Assembly: GCA_001767605.1 (NCBI GenBank) | Contig: MELM01000012.1 | Coordinates: 1-37,192, forward strand | Source of the DNA: Candidatus Solincola sediminis | GTDB taxonomy: Bacteria; Actinomycetota; Geothermincolia; Geothermincolales; RBG-13-55-18 | Direction of reading: 5' to 3' | DNA length: 37,192 nt | Part shown: one piece after another, positions 1 through 7,820 of the stretch | Layout of the letters: each line of letters begins with the position of its first letter | Position numbering within the stretch: the stretch's first letter is position 1 | The notes under the pieces: model-generated | What the model was told of the DNA's origin: nothing | What the model saw: only the letters and a program-made list of their open reading frames with translations | Database searches by the model: none | Translations under genes and position numbers: made by a program

Positions 1-174
1 CTCTACAAACAACTTGGTGATGGCCGGCATGAGGAGTTGCTCGTAATCCTCCTTATACTCTAATCTCTTGGCGATCAATTCGTTATCCGACCAGCGTTTC
101 AGGTTTTCGGCGAGTGATAAATCCATGTCACTCAGCCATTCATGCGTAAACGGGAATAGGCTATGCTCGCTCAT
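1..174 (-). CDS. hypothetical protein, 5-prime part only (58 codons; gene runs off the left edge)
   Basis: ATG at 172-174 (minus strand) is preceded by GAGGGAGG 5 nt upstream, and the frame stays open to position 1. My translation: MSEHSLFPFTHEWLSDMDLSLAENLKRWSDNELIAKRLEYKEDYEQLLMPAITKLFVE. It is too short for the ORF track. The residue spacing is reminiscent of acyl-CoA dehydrogenase N-termini, but that is only a guess. Confidence 0.5.
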   Translation of the reverse strand, partial: MSEHSLFPFTHEWLSDMDLSLAENLKRWSDNELIAKRLEYKEDYEQLLMPAITKLFVE

Positions 175-297
175 CCGGACCTCCCTCTTTAACCGGCGTT
201 TCCAGAATGGGGAAGGAGGATATACGTAGAAGTATTTGGCAATCTCCCCCGCTTATTCATCTAATAATAAGATTGCCTGCTTGCTGATTCCTATGGG

Positions 298-323
298 TAA
301 AAGCCCCCGATATCTATGGGGGC
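298..323 (-). terminator. terminator-like hairpin (GCCCCC-9 nt-GGGGGC followed by TTTTA on the minus strand) in the leader region of the edge gene
   Basis: Plus strand 303-308 GCCCCC pairs with 318-323 GGGGGC. On the minus strand the stem is followed by TTTTA (302-298). No minus-strand gene ends just upstream of it, so it is either an insulator or an attenuator. Confidence 0.3.
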
Positions 324-362
324 ATTCCCGCACCCTAAGGGGGTGGAGGGGGGAATAATAGG

Positions 363-887
363 GTGAGCATGAAGAAGACCTTACTTTCCTTGGGCATATG
401 TACCGCGGTTCTCACAACTGCCGCCGGTAGTTGCCTTCCTATAAAGCCAGCGGGACCCGCGAAACTGGGTGAGCGTGTGTCGAACGAGGCCGCGACGATA
501 ACCGTGCAATCGCTCGAAGAGCGGCATGCTCGTGGGTACTGCAAGATCAAAGATGGTTACACCTACCTGATTGTCGGTTTAACTGTTCAAAACACGGGAA
601 GAGATGCTATCGATACCGGCGCCCTGGCCGGCCCTTCGGGCATGAGGCATCTCTGGTTTGCTATCCGGAATGCCTCGGGTGAGCAATACAATGAGGATAC
701 CGGCTATCGGACGGCTTCGACCCTATTTCGGGGAATCCTTGCTCCTGGAGAAGAATGCAGGGGTTGCCTCGTGTTCCAAGTGCCCGCTCGCTGGGACAAC
801 CTGACTTTCAATGCCGTCCTCGGGGAAGCAGCGGTATTGAAGGAGACTATCGCGAAAGTGGCCATAACGCGCACCGACCTGAAGTAG
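363..887 (+). CDS. secreted or lipoprotein with DUF4352-like (immunoglobulin-like) domain
   Basis: ORF-track 174 aa. N-terminus MKKTLLSLGICTAVLTTAAGSC is a signal peptide ending in a Cys. The body shows the DUF4352 pattern (GYTYLIVGLTVQNTGRDAID ... GEECRGCLVFQVP). GTG at 363 or ATG at 369 could be the start, with a GGAGG run at 343-351. Confidence 0.75.
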   Translation: MSMKKTLLSLGICTAVLTTAAGSCLPIKPAGPAKLGERVSNEAATITVQSLEERHARGYCKIKDGYTYLIVGLTVQNTGRDAIDTGALAGPSGMRHLWFAIRNASGEQYNEDTGYRTASTLFRGILAPGEECRGCLVFQVPARWDNLTFNAVLGEAAVLKETIAKVAITRTDLK

Positions 888-902
888 CCTCCTCTTGTCA
901 TC

Positions 903-995
903 GTGATAATTATTGAGAGCGACCACACAATCTAGTAAAACTTTAGGTGAAGTAAACCAAATCTAGAAAAGGAGGTCGCTCTCAATAATTATCAC
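903..995. repeat. 22-bp perfect inverted repeat (GTGATAATTATTGAGAGCGACC / GGTCGCTCTCAATAATTATCAC) with 49-nt spacer
   Basis: Arms at 903-924 and 974-995 are exact reverse complements. The spacer holds a short direct repeat AATCTAG(T)AAAA (929-940 and 960-970). It lies between convergent genes (stops at 887 and 1046). Confidence 0.85.
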
Positions 996-1045
996 ACTCT
1001 TGCTTCATCGCTCCGCTGCGCCTCATTACAGCGGTGTATTATCGC

Positions 1046-1396
1046 TTATCTTTTTCCGAGGGCGATACTTAAGGAGTCGGACGCACGAACGTCTCCAAGA
1101 TCTTCCAGTGCCCAGGCGGCATGCCATCTTACCATCTCATCCCCCTCGTTCAGCATCTGAATGAGGGCCGGAACCGCTGCGGAGTCGCCTATTTGACCTA
1201 AGGAACGGGCGGCGTTGCCGCTCACAGAACCGTGATCGCTTTTTAAAACTTTTATCAAGGGGACTATCGCCCTAGAATCGCCTATCCTTCCCAGTGCCGC
1301 CGCGGATTCCGCCCGAACATCCTTATCGGCATGGGTAAGCGCTCTTATCAGTTTCTTGACGTTTTGCTTTTCTTCGAGCTTCCTTATATCCGGCAT
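1046..1396 (-). CDS. HEAT-repeat (PBS-lyase-like HEAT) protein, about 116 aa
   Basis: Three tandem HEAT-like units: DKDVRAESAAALGRIGDSRAIVPLIKVL, HGSVSGNAARSLGQIGDSAAVPALIQML and DEMVRWHAAWALEDLGDVRA. I place the start at ATG 1394-1396, preceded by GGGGGAG. The ORF-track start at 1468 is a TTG without a good RBS. Confidence 0.75.
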   Translation of the reverse strand: MPDIRKLEEKQNVKKLIRALTHADKDVRAESAAALGRIGDSRAIVPLIKVLKSDHGSVSGNAARSLGQIGDSAAVPALIQMLNEGDEMVRWHAAWALEDLGDVRASDSLSIALGKR

Positions 1397-1529
1397 GTTC
1401 TCCCCCGATACTGGCAATTCCAATTTAAATTTAATGATTTCATGTCTGCCGCTTTTCGGCAAGAGCAAGTCACCACGCGGCGCAATGACAATGCTTGGAT
1501 GGTTCCGGGAGACGTCACAATGATAATTA

Positions 1530-2600
1530 TTACTTAGCGGTTACCTCGAACTCGAGTTCGCCTTCCCCTGAGAGACTCCAATCGATGTCGGATTTGACGT
1601 CGAAGGTTAATTCAAAAGTCCCCTGCATGAATCCTAGGAGCAGAAGATGCAGACAAGCATTATTCAACTTGAGTCCCATCCTTTTGTCGCTCAACTCGAA
1701 TTCCTGCAGATTCCCCAAACCCCTTAATGCCAGTTGCAGCCGCAAGTCCTCATCCGATTTCTCGAGGTCGAGGAAGGGAAAACCCGTCTCCACAAATCTT
1801 CGCTGCCCCTCAACAACGATCTGGGGAATGGTCTCTCCCAACTCATCTTCAAGCGCTCTGAATACCGGATCCATCATCTGCGGTCCGAGCAAAGCCATGC
1901 GGCGGCCAGTATCCCCATGTTTTATCAGACCCTCATTCCCCTGCCATTGATATTCCGCCAGCAACATGGGTGCCCCACATATAGGGCAGCGCTCCAGATC
2001 GAGACCTGCCGAGACGTGTTTGTATGGAACAATAGCCATTCTCTTCTTGAGTTCATTATGGTATTTAGCCCATTGTGACTTGAATTGATACACTCCGGGC
2101 GTAAGTTCCTCATAGATGACCGCATGCTCGCCTCCCACTGCCGCGGCCAGAGCTCCGGCATAATTACCGGCCATGATCGGTAGTGAGAACGGCTTTGTGA
2201 TCCTCTGTATGGAAAAATCGTACTGGTCGTTTTCGTAACGGTGATCAATCCATTCGTGCTTGCCATACCCCATCAACTGGCCGCGCATTCCCACCGCTTG
2301 TGCAATAGGCACGAGATCTATCTGCTTGGACCTTATCATCTGTCTTACCAAGTCGGGTAACGCATTCTCGTTGTAGAGTTGCGAGCCACGAGCCGTAATG
2401 TTTATGATCAAATGCTCAATCGAGACGCCTATGATATCCCCAATATTTTTTATAAGCGGGTCAATGGTCTCGCACTCTATAAACGTAGCCCGTGCACTCT
2501 GGTTCGTCCTCTGTACTATGTCGCCATTGTCGAGCCATGCTATTTCGCGGTTGAAAAGCTCCGGAACCTTGCACTCCTCACACAATTTCACATCTAACAA
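1530..2600 (-). CDS. uncharacterised protein, tandem paralog A (split CxxC pairs, two V4R-like halves), 356 aa
   Basis: The ORF-track 404-aa ORF is trimmed to TTG at 2598-2600. This gives MLDVKLCEEC..., which aligns residue for residue with MLEVTVCPEC... of the upstream paralog and gives the same length (1071 nt). AAGGG lies 8 nt upstream. The longer form would overlap the upstream gene by 131 nt. Confidence 0.8.
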   Translation of the reverse strand: MLDVKLCEECKVPELFNREIAWLDNGDIVQRTNQSARATFIECETIDPLIKNIGDIIGVSIEHLIINITARGSQLYNENALPDLVRQMIRSKQIDLVPIAQAVGMRGQLMGYGKHEWIDHRYENDQYDFSIQRITKPFSLPIMAGNYAGALAAAVGGEHAVIYEELTPGVYQFKSQWAKYHNELKKRMAIVPYKHVSAGLDLERCPICGAPMLLAEYQWQGNEGLIKHGDTGRRMALLGPQMMDPVFRALEDELGETIPQIVVEGQRRFVETGFPFLDLEKSDEDLRLQLALRGLGNLQEFELSDKRMGLKLNNACLHLLLLGFMQGTFELTFDVKSDIDWSLSGEGELEFEVTAK

Positions 2601-2613
2601 GACCACAGCCCTT

Positions 2614-3684
2614 CTATTTAGGAGACAGCTCGAGTTCGAGCCGGCCGTCTTCTGCGAGATCCCATTCGATGTTTGATTCGATATTGAAAGCCAGCTCGAA
2701 AGTACCTTGTACGAAGCCAAGCAGCAAGAGAGGGAGGCAAGCATTATCCAATTCCATCCTTACCCCCTTGCCTGCCATCTTGAATGACTGCAAGTTGCCC
2801 AATCCCCGCAGGGCCAGGCCGGCTCGAAAATTATCTTCGCTGCCCATGAAGTCACTAAAATCGAAACCGGTTCTCACAAACCTCCTCTGTGCCTCCACAA
2901 CGGTTTCCGGGATCGTATCGCCCAATTCATCCTGTAAAGCACTGAATACCGGATCCATGAGCTGAGGACCGAGTAAAGCCATGCGGTGACCGGAAAGCCG
3001 GTGTTTTATTTGACCTTGGTCCGGCAACCACTCGTACACCGAGAGCGCCTTCGGCCCACTGCAACTCGGACACGGCTCTAAAGCGAGATCGCCTTCTTGA
3101 TGGTTGTACGGAACAATGGCCATTCTTTTCTTTAGCTCTTCCTGGTATTTATCCCAGTGCGTGCGAAATTGGTACACGCCCGGTTCCTCTTCCTTATAAG
3201 AAACGCCATGTTCTCCGCCCACCGCCGCCGATAGTGCACCCGCATAGCTCCCGGCGATAAGGGCAACGGAAAACGGCGCCGTGATCCGCTGGACAGAAAA
3301 ATCATCCTCGTCGTTCTCGTAGCGGTAATCGATCCACTCGTGCTTGCCATAACCCATGATCTGTCCCCGCATACCTATGGCTTCCGCAATCGGTACGATG
3401 TCTATTTGTTTCGACCTGATCATTTCCACCAATTGCTTGGGCATGTTCGCGCTGTTAAAGCGCTCGCTTCCTCTGGCCGTGATGTTAATAACCAGGCGTT
3501 CTATCGGCATGCCGATTATATCACCAATGTTTTTAAACAATGGGTCAAGGTTTTCACATTCGATGAAAGCCGCGCGTGCGTTCAAGTTTTGCCGCTGTAC
3601 GATATCGCCGTTATTGAGCCAGGATATTTCCACATTGAAAAGATGTGGCACTCCGCATTCCGGACACACAGTCACCTCTAACAT
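2614..3684 (-). CDS. uncharacterised protein, tandem paralog B (split CxxC pairs, two V4R-like halves), 356 aa
   Basis: ORF-track 356 aa, with ATG preceded by GAGGAGG 7 nt upstream. It aligns without gaps to paralog A, roughly two thirds identical by eye. Conserved CPEC...CPSC pairs. The G-Y-G-K-HEW ... AGSYAGALSAAVGGEH and RGLGNL ... LLLLGFVQGTFEL stretches resemble the V4R fold pattern. Confidence 0.85.
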   Translation of the reverse strand: MLEVTVCPECGVPHLFNVEISWLNNGDIVQRQNLNARAAFIECENLDPLFKNIGDIIGMPIERLVINITARGSERFNSANMPKQLVEMIRSKQIDIVPIAEAIGMRGQIMGYGKHEWIDYRYENDEDDFSVQRITAPFSVALIAGSYAGALSAAVGGEHGVSYKEEEPGVYQFRTHWDKYQEELKKRMAIVPYNHQEGDLALEPCPSCSGPKALSVYEWLPDQGQIKHRLSGHRMALLGPQLMDPVFSALQDELGDTIPETVVEAQRRFVRTGFDFSDFMGSEDNFRAGLALRGLGNLQSFKMAGKGVRMELDNACLPLLLLGFVQGTFELAFNIESNIEWDLAEDGRLELELSPK

Positions 3685-3890
3685 AGCCTAACCTCCTCAT
3701 TAAAAGGAACGGCCCCGGCCAGCCCCCTGGCCTAATTGTTTCTTCGGCATTTTCCAGGAAGAATTGAAGAAATATTGACCCAAGATATACCCCCCTCAAC
3801 GTCCGTGCCCGTCCCCTACGCGAAGATTGGAGGGCCGAGAGGCCGATACCACTCAGGTAGGTTAGATCAGATTTAAGGAAGGACAATAAC

Positions 3891-4757
3891 ATGGTCTCCA
3901 GGTATTGCCGTTTTCTCTGTATTGCGGCCCTTGCACTGTTATTGACGGTGGCCGCCACCGGCTGCGGCTCTTCCCAGCCGGCTGCGCAACCTCTCGTCAA
4001 GAAAATCGATCATGTAAGCATCAGCTCCCCTGATCCGGAAGGGCTGTTTACGACACTCACCGAAACTCTGGAACTCCCGGTCGCTTGGCCGCTATCCTCA
4101 TATCAAGGATTCACAACGGGGGCCGCCAATGCCGGAAACGTCAACATCGAGACTATCAAATTCGACACGGCGCGGCCTGTCCTGTCAGCGAGCATCTACG
4201 GTGTGGTTTTCGAATCGTATCCCCTGTCTGACACGTTGGACGAGTTCAAACAGCGGGGTGCCGACCCCAGCGATCCGCAGGATCAGATGCGAGACATTAA
4301 CGGCGCGCAGGTCAAGGTATGGACAAACGTAACCTTAAATGCCCTCTGCAATGATCAATATATAGTCTACCTTTGCGAATACGCAAAGGAGATGGAGGAT
4401 AGCCTTGCGAGCCGTGCAGTAAGCAGACCCTTCGGCGGGATAGGGCTCGTGGGCGGGAAGGAGATAAGCATCGGAACCACCGAGCCACAGCAACTGCGCG
4501 AGGAGTGGGAGACGATCCTTGCACCTGCCGTAATGTCGAGTGATGGCGTGCTCTCTTTCGATTCCGGTCCTGCAATTCATATTGTGCAGGCGAGTACGGA
4601 CAGCATCATCGGGTTGGTTCTCGAAGTCGTGTCGCTCGATAAAGCCAGGGATTTTCTCTCGCAGAAGGTTATGCCGGGAGATACCTCCGAGGGCGAGATA
4701 CACATAGACCCCATGAAAGTACAAGGCCTCGATATAACCCTGGTCGAGCAACCTTAA
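3891..4757 (+). CDS. lipoprotein with glyoxalase-like (VOC-type) domain
   Basis: ORF-track 288 aa. Signal peptide plus lipobox (LLLTVAATGC). IDHVSISSPDPEGLFTTL ... GFTTGAANAGNVNIETIKF resembles Glyoxalase_3-type domains. RBS AAGGAAGG. Confidence 0.7.
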   Translation: MVSRYCRFLCIAALALLLTVAATGCGSSQPAAQPLVKKIDHVSISSPDPEGLFTTLTETLELPVAWPLSSYQGFTTGAANAGNVNIETIKFDTARPVLSASIYGVVFESYPLSDTLDEFKQRGADPSDPQDQMRDINGAQVKVWTNVTLNALCNDQYIVYLCEYAKEMEDSLASRAVSRPFGGIGLVGGKEISIGTTEPQQLREEWETILAPAVMSSDGVLSFDSGPAIHIVQASTDSIIGLVLEVVSLDKARDFLSQKVMPGDTSEGEIHIDPMKVQGLDITLVEQP

Positions 4758-4770
4758 CATTAGGGACGGG

Positions 4771-4822
4771 GATACACAAAGGTGTCAGGCTACACAAAGG
4801 TGTCAGGCACCTTTGTGTATCC
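4771..4822. repeat. intergenic palindromic element, copy 1 (variant with tandemly duplicated left arm plus loop)
   Basis: 4773-4790 and 4791-4808 are identical 18-mers (TACACAAAGGTGTCAGGC), followed by the complementary arm ACCTTTGTGTA. It lies between convergent stops at 4757 and 4829. Confidence 0.9.
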
Positions 4823-4828
4823 CCAAAG

Positions 4829-6046
4829 TTAAGGGGTGAAGGCTACTTTGATTGCCTTGCTCTTTCCTTTGGCGGAAGCCGCCTCCAAAGCCTCTCGCCA
4901 ATCATCCAGGCGAAAACGATGGGTTACCATATGTCCTATATCAACCTTGCCCTCAGCGTACAGCCGCAAGGCAAGATCGAAGGTATGCCTCCTTCCGCCG
5001 TGGGCTTCCTCCTGCTGCGCTCCATAAATCCCCCGCAAGGTCAGCTCCTTAAGCCATACCGGGGTCCAATCCAAACCCTTGGGTGCTCCTATCCCGAGGA
5101 GGTTGAAACTTCCCCCGTTATCCAAGATTCGTAGCGATGCCTCGATAGTATCGGTTGTACCCACTGCATCGAAAACTCGGTCTACTCCACCGATGAGGAT
5201 AGGTTTGGTTCCAAGTGGTGTATACATTTTCGCCCCCGTGAGCTCGGCAATCCTGCGGTAGAATTTCTTTCCTCCCGGCGGTATGACCTCATCTGCCCCC
5301 ATTTCATGAGCTACTCCGGAATGAAAGGGGTCGGGCTCTACGGCAAGAATCCTCACCTCCGGGTGCAGTGCCTTCAGGCCAGCTATGGTACAAAGGCCCA
5401 TCGCTCCGCAACCGAATACGAGCACGGTCTCACCCGGCTCTATCGCATTTGCAGCCACCATGTGCAACGTAGTGGCGAATGGTTCTGTGAGCGCCACGTT
5501 CTCATCGCTTACGCCTTCAGGCACCTTGCAGAGCATCGATTGGTGCGCCACCCCCATTTCACTTATGAATCCTGCGACATCGGCGTTGCTCCCAACAAAC
5601 ATGCCCGGCGCGAGGCTCCCTTCCGTGAAGTTATAGCAGAGCTGGTTCCTCCCCTGGACGCACATGGGGCAAAGCGGCTTTATTCCCCGTGGCACACAGC
5701 CGAGCGAGGGCATCACCGTCACCCTCTCCCCCACCTCGAAGCCTTCAACGGCCTCCCCCATCTCCGCAATCTCCCCGCAAACCTCGTGGCCGAAAATGAA
5801 GGGGAAGGAAGCAAACGGCTGCAGGGTCAAGCTCTCCTTGCACCTCATGATGCTCAAATCGCTTCCACAAAGGCCCGTGAGCTTGGGCTTTATCTTCACC
5901 CATTGCGATCCCGGCAATTCCGGCTCCGGCACTTCCCTCACCCCGGTGAGAGCCCAGGATGAGGAGATAACCTGGGGCCACCTGCGAGAAAGTGCGCCAG
6001 TGAGCAGGTATTTCGGGATATTGTAATTAAAAGTGAGTGCCTTCAT
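4829..6046 (-). CDS. zinc-dependent medium-chain dehydrogenase/reductase (alcohol or polyol dehydrogenase family)
   Basis: ORF-track 405 aa. It has CGSD, GHEVCGEIAEMGEAVEGFEVGERV, the structural-Zn Cys cluster (CVPRGIKPLCPMCVQGRNQLC) and Rossmann motif LVFGCGAMG. It also carries an unusual insert of about 25 aa near the N-terminus. Confidence 0.85.
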   Translation of the reverse strand: MKALTFNYNIPKYLLTGALSRRWPQVISSSWALTGVREVPEPELPGSQWVKIKPKLTGLCGSDLSIMRCKESLTLQPFASFPFIFGHEVCGEIAEMGEAVEGFEVGERVTVMPSLGCVPRGIKPLCPMCVQGRNQLCYNFTEGSLAPGMFVGSNADVAGFISEMGVAHQSMLCKVPEGVSDENVALTEPFATTLHMVAANAIEPGETVLVFGCGAMGLCTIAGLKALHPEVRILAVEPDPFHSGVAHEMGADEVIPPGGKKFYRRIAELTGAKMYTPLGTKPILIGGVDRVFDAVGTTDTIEASLRILDNGGSFNLLGIGAPKGLDWTPVWLKELTLRGIYGAQQEEAHGGRRHTFDLALRLYAEGKVDIGHMVTHRFRLDDWREALEAASAKGKSKAIKVAFTP

Positions 6047-6053
6047 TGTCGCC

Positions 6054-7790
6054 TCATTCGCCGCAGAAGGGCTCCGCGCAATCCTTGAGCCACAGCCCGT
6101 TTATCATCTCCGAGAGAACGGGCACTTCGAGGTTAACTTCCGGGTCGATGAGGGCATCGATAACCGTGATGCGGTCCGACTTGGCAGCTTCTTCCAGCGC
6201 GGGCCGGATGTCCTTCGGGTCCTCCACCCTAATTCCCTTAGCTCCCATCGATTCCGCCATGAGGTCGTAGCGGACGTCGCAGAAATCGCTTCCGCAATAA
6301 CGCCCGCCGTAAGCGGAATGTTGAGCCCCCTTTATCATCCCCCAAGCACTATCGTTGGCGATGATGTCGACTACCGGGAGCTTGTAGCGGACTGCCGTCT
6401 CGATCTCTTGCGGGTTTAGCATAAAAGCGCCATCGCCGTGAATTATAAATACGGGACGCTCCGGGTTGGCGATCTTGGCCCCCAGCGCGAAGGGAAGTCC
6501 CGTGCCCAACTGGCCGGTCCCCTCCGGCCAGAGGAACGAGCGCGGTTTGTATATCCTGCCAACGATGTTGGTCCACAGGCAGATGTTACCGCCGTCCATC
6601 ACCATGATTCCGTCGCGCCCGAAGAAATCCACCGCCTCCTTGGCGAGACGCAGGGGATGGATGGGCTTCGCCTCGGAAGTACCCAGTTCCTCATAACCAA
6701 GGTTGGCGGCATCATCCATTTCGCGGTAATCGGCAAAGAAATCGCGCGGGCTGATCGGGCCGGTTTCCTTCTTCACCCGCTCAAGCATTCCTGAGAGAAC
6801 ATTCTTGGCATCGCCGGTAATACCGAGGTCGAACTCACGGTTAAGCCCGATGTTTTCCGGATCTATATCCACATAGATGAACTTCTGCTCGGCGGGGCTT
6901 CCCCACATGTTGGGCTGGCCCCAGAAATCCATCTCCGAGACGGTGCAACCTATGTTTAAGACGAGGTCGGCATTCGATTCGGCCATGATGCCCCCCATCC
7001 CCTTCGGCGTGAAAAGAAGAGGGTGATCCTCGGGGAGCACTCCCCTTCCCGATATGCTGGTTGTAACCGGTATCTGCAAGTATTCGGCCAGCTCGCGCAC
7101 TTCGTCCCAGGCCTTGGCCCTCATCACGCCTCCTCCGGCATGGATGTGCGGTTTCTCGGCTGCGAACATCATTTCCACTGCCCTATCTATGGCTTGGGGA
7201 TCACCGGCCGGCTGGACCTCTGTGCGGTAGCGATCGGGGGCCAGGAGATTTATTTCGCTGTCGTCACGGGACTCGAAGAGGATATCCACCGGGAAATCGA
7301 GGTGTACCGGCCCCGGCCTTCCGGAGGTGGCCACCCGGTAAGCGCGCTCAACCAGCTCGGGGATGCGGTCCCAGCGGTTTACTACGGCATTCCACTTGGT
7401 TATGGGCTTAAATAATGATAGTTGATCTAATTGCTGCATGGATCCCCGGAAAGGATAGCAGCGGTTGGAATGGATCTGGGGACATATGGCGATCAGGGGA
7501 ATGCCATCGTTGTAAGCGACGTAGATACCGGAAACCAGGTTCGCAGCGCCCGGACCCACCGTCCCCATGCACACCCCAACCTGGTCGCTCGTGCGGGAGA
7601 CGGCATCGGCCATGTGCGCGGCCGCCGCTTCATGATGTGTCATTATGAATTCCATGCCCGCCGGCACGCCGACACGTTGTATCGCATCGGTAAAAGTCGT
7701 AAGCTGTCCACCGGGGATGCCGAAGACCCACTTGGTCCCCTCCTTTAAGAGCGATCTCACCAGTAGTTCCCCACCGTTCATCAGCGTCAT
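6054..7790 (-). CDS. thiamine-diphosphate-dependent enzyme (acetolactate synthase large-subunit-like)
   Basis: ORF-track 578 aa. The N-terminal pyrimidine-binding domain is GGELLVRSLLKEGTKWVFGIPGG. The C-terminal ThDP motif is GDGAFMLNPQEIETAVRYKLPVVDIIANDSAWG. RBS GGGAGG lies 7 nt upstream. Confidence 0.85.
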   Translation of the reverse strand: MTLMNGGELLVRSLLKEGTKWVFGIPGGQLTTFTDAIQRVGVPAGMEFIMTHHEAAAAHMADAVSRTSDQVGVCMGTVGPGAANLVSGIYVAYNDGIPLIAICPQIHSNRCYPFRGSMQQLDQLSLFKPITKWNAVVNRWDRIPELVERAYRVATSGRPGPVHLDFPVDILFESRDDSEINLLAPDRYRTEVQPAGDPQAIDRAVEMMFAAEKPHIHAGGGVMRAKAWDEVRELAEYLQIPVTTSISGRGVLPEDHPLLFTPKGMGGIMAESNADLVLNIGCTVSEMDFWGQPNMWGSPAEQKFIYVDIDPENIGLNREFDLGITGDAKNVLSGMLERVKKETGPISPRDFFADYREMDDAANLGYEELGTSEAKPIHPLRLAKEAVDFFGRDGIMVMDGGNICLWTNIVGRIYKPRSFLWPEGTGQLGTGLPFALGAKIANPERPVFIIHGDGAFMLNPQEIETAVRYKLPVVDIIANDSAWGMIKGAQHSAYGGRYCGSDFCDVRYDLMAESMGAKGIRVEDPKDIRPALEEAAKSDRITVIDALIDPEVNLEVPVLSEMINGLWLKDCAEPFCGE

Positions 7791-7820
7791 TGCAATACCT
7801 CCCTCTCTGCTTTGCTTAAA

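Noticed and set aside
904-918. TGATAATTATT motif (also at 1521-1531 and inverted at 984-994) as a Fur-family box
   Set aside because: Only the left half-site matches the 7-1-7 TGATAATnATTATCA consensus, and the right halves match 4 of 7 positions. Two of the sites are downstream of genes rather than in promoters.
2601-2744. N-terminal 48-residue extension of ORF 1530-2744 (the 404-aa version in the ORF track)
   Set aside because: The extension overlaps the 3-prime end of the upstream paralog by 131 nt and has no counterpart in that paralog. A TTG at 2600 with AAGGG upstream gives a product of exactly the same length and a gapless alignment.
3611-4000. 129-aa minus-strand ORF spanning the divergent promoter region and the start of the lipoprotein gene
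   Set aside because: It overlaps the start codons of two well-supported genes (3684 minus, 3891 plus), has no RBS, and its product has no recognisable features.
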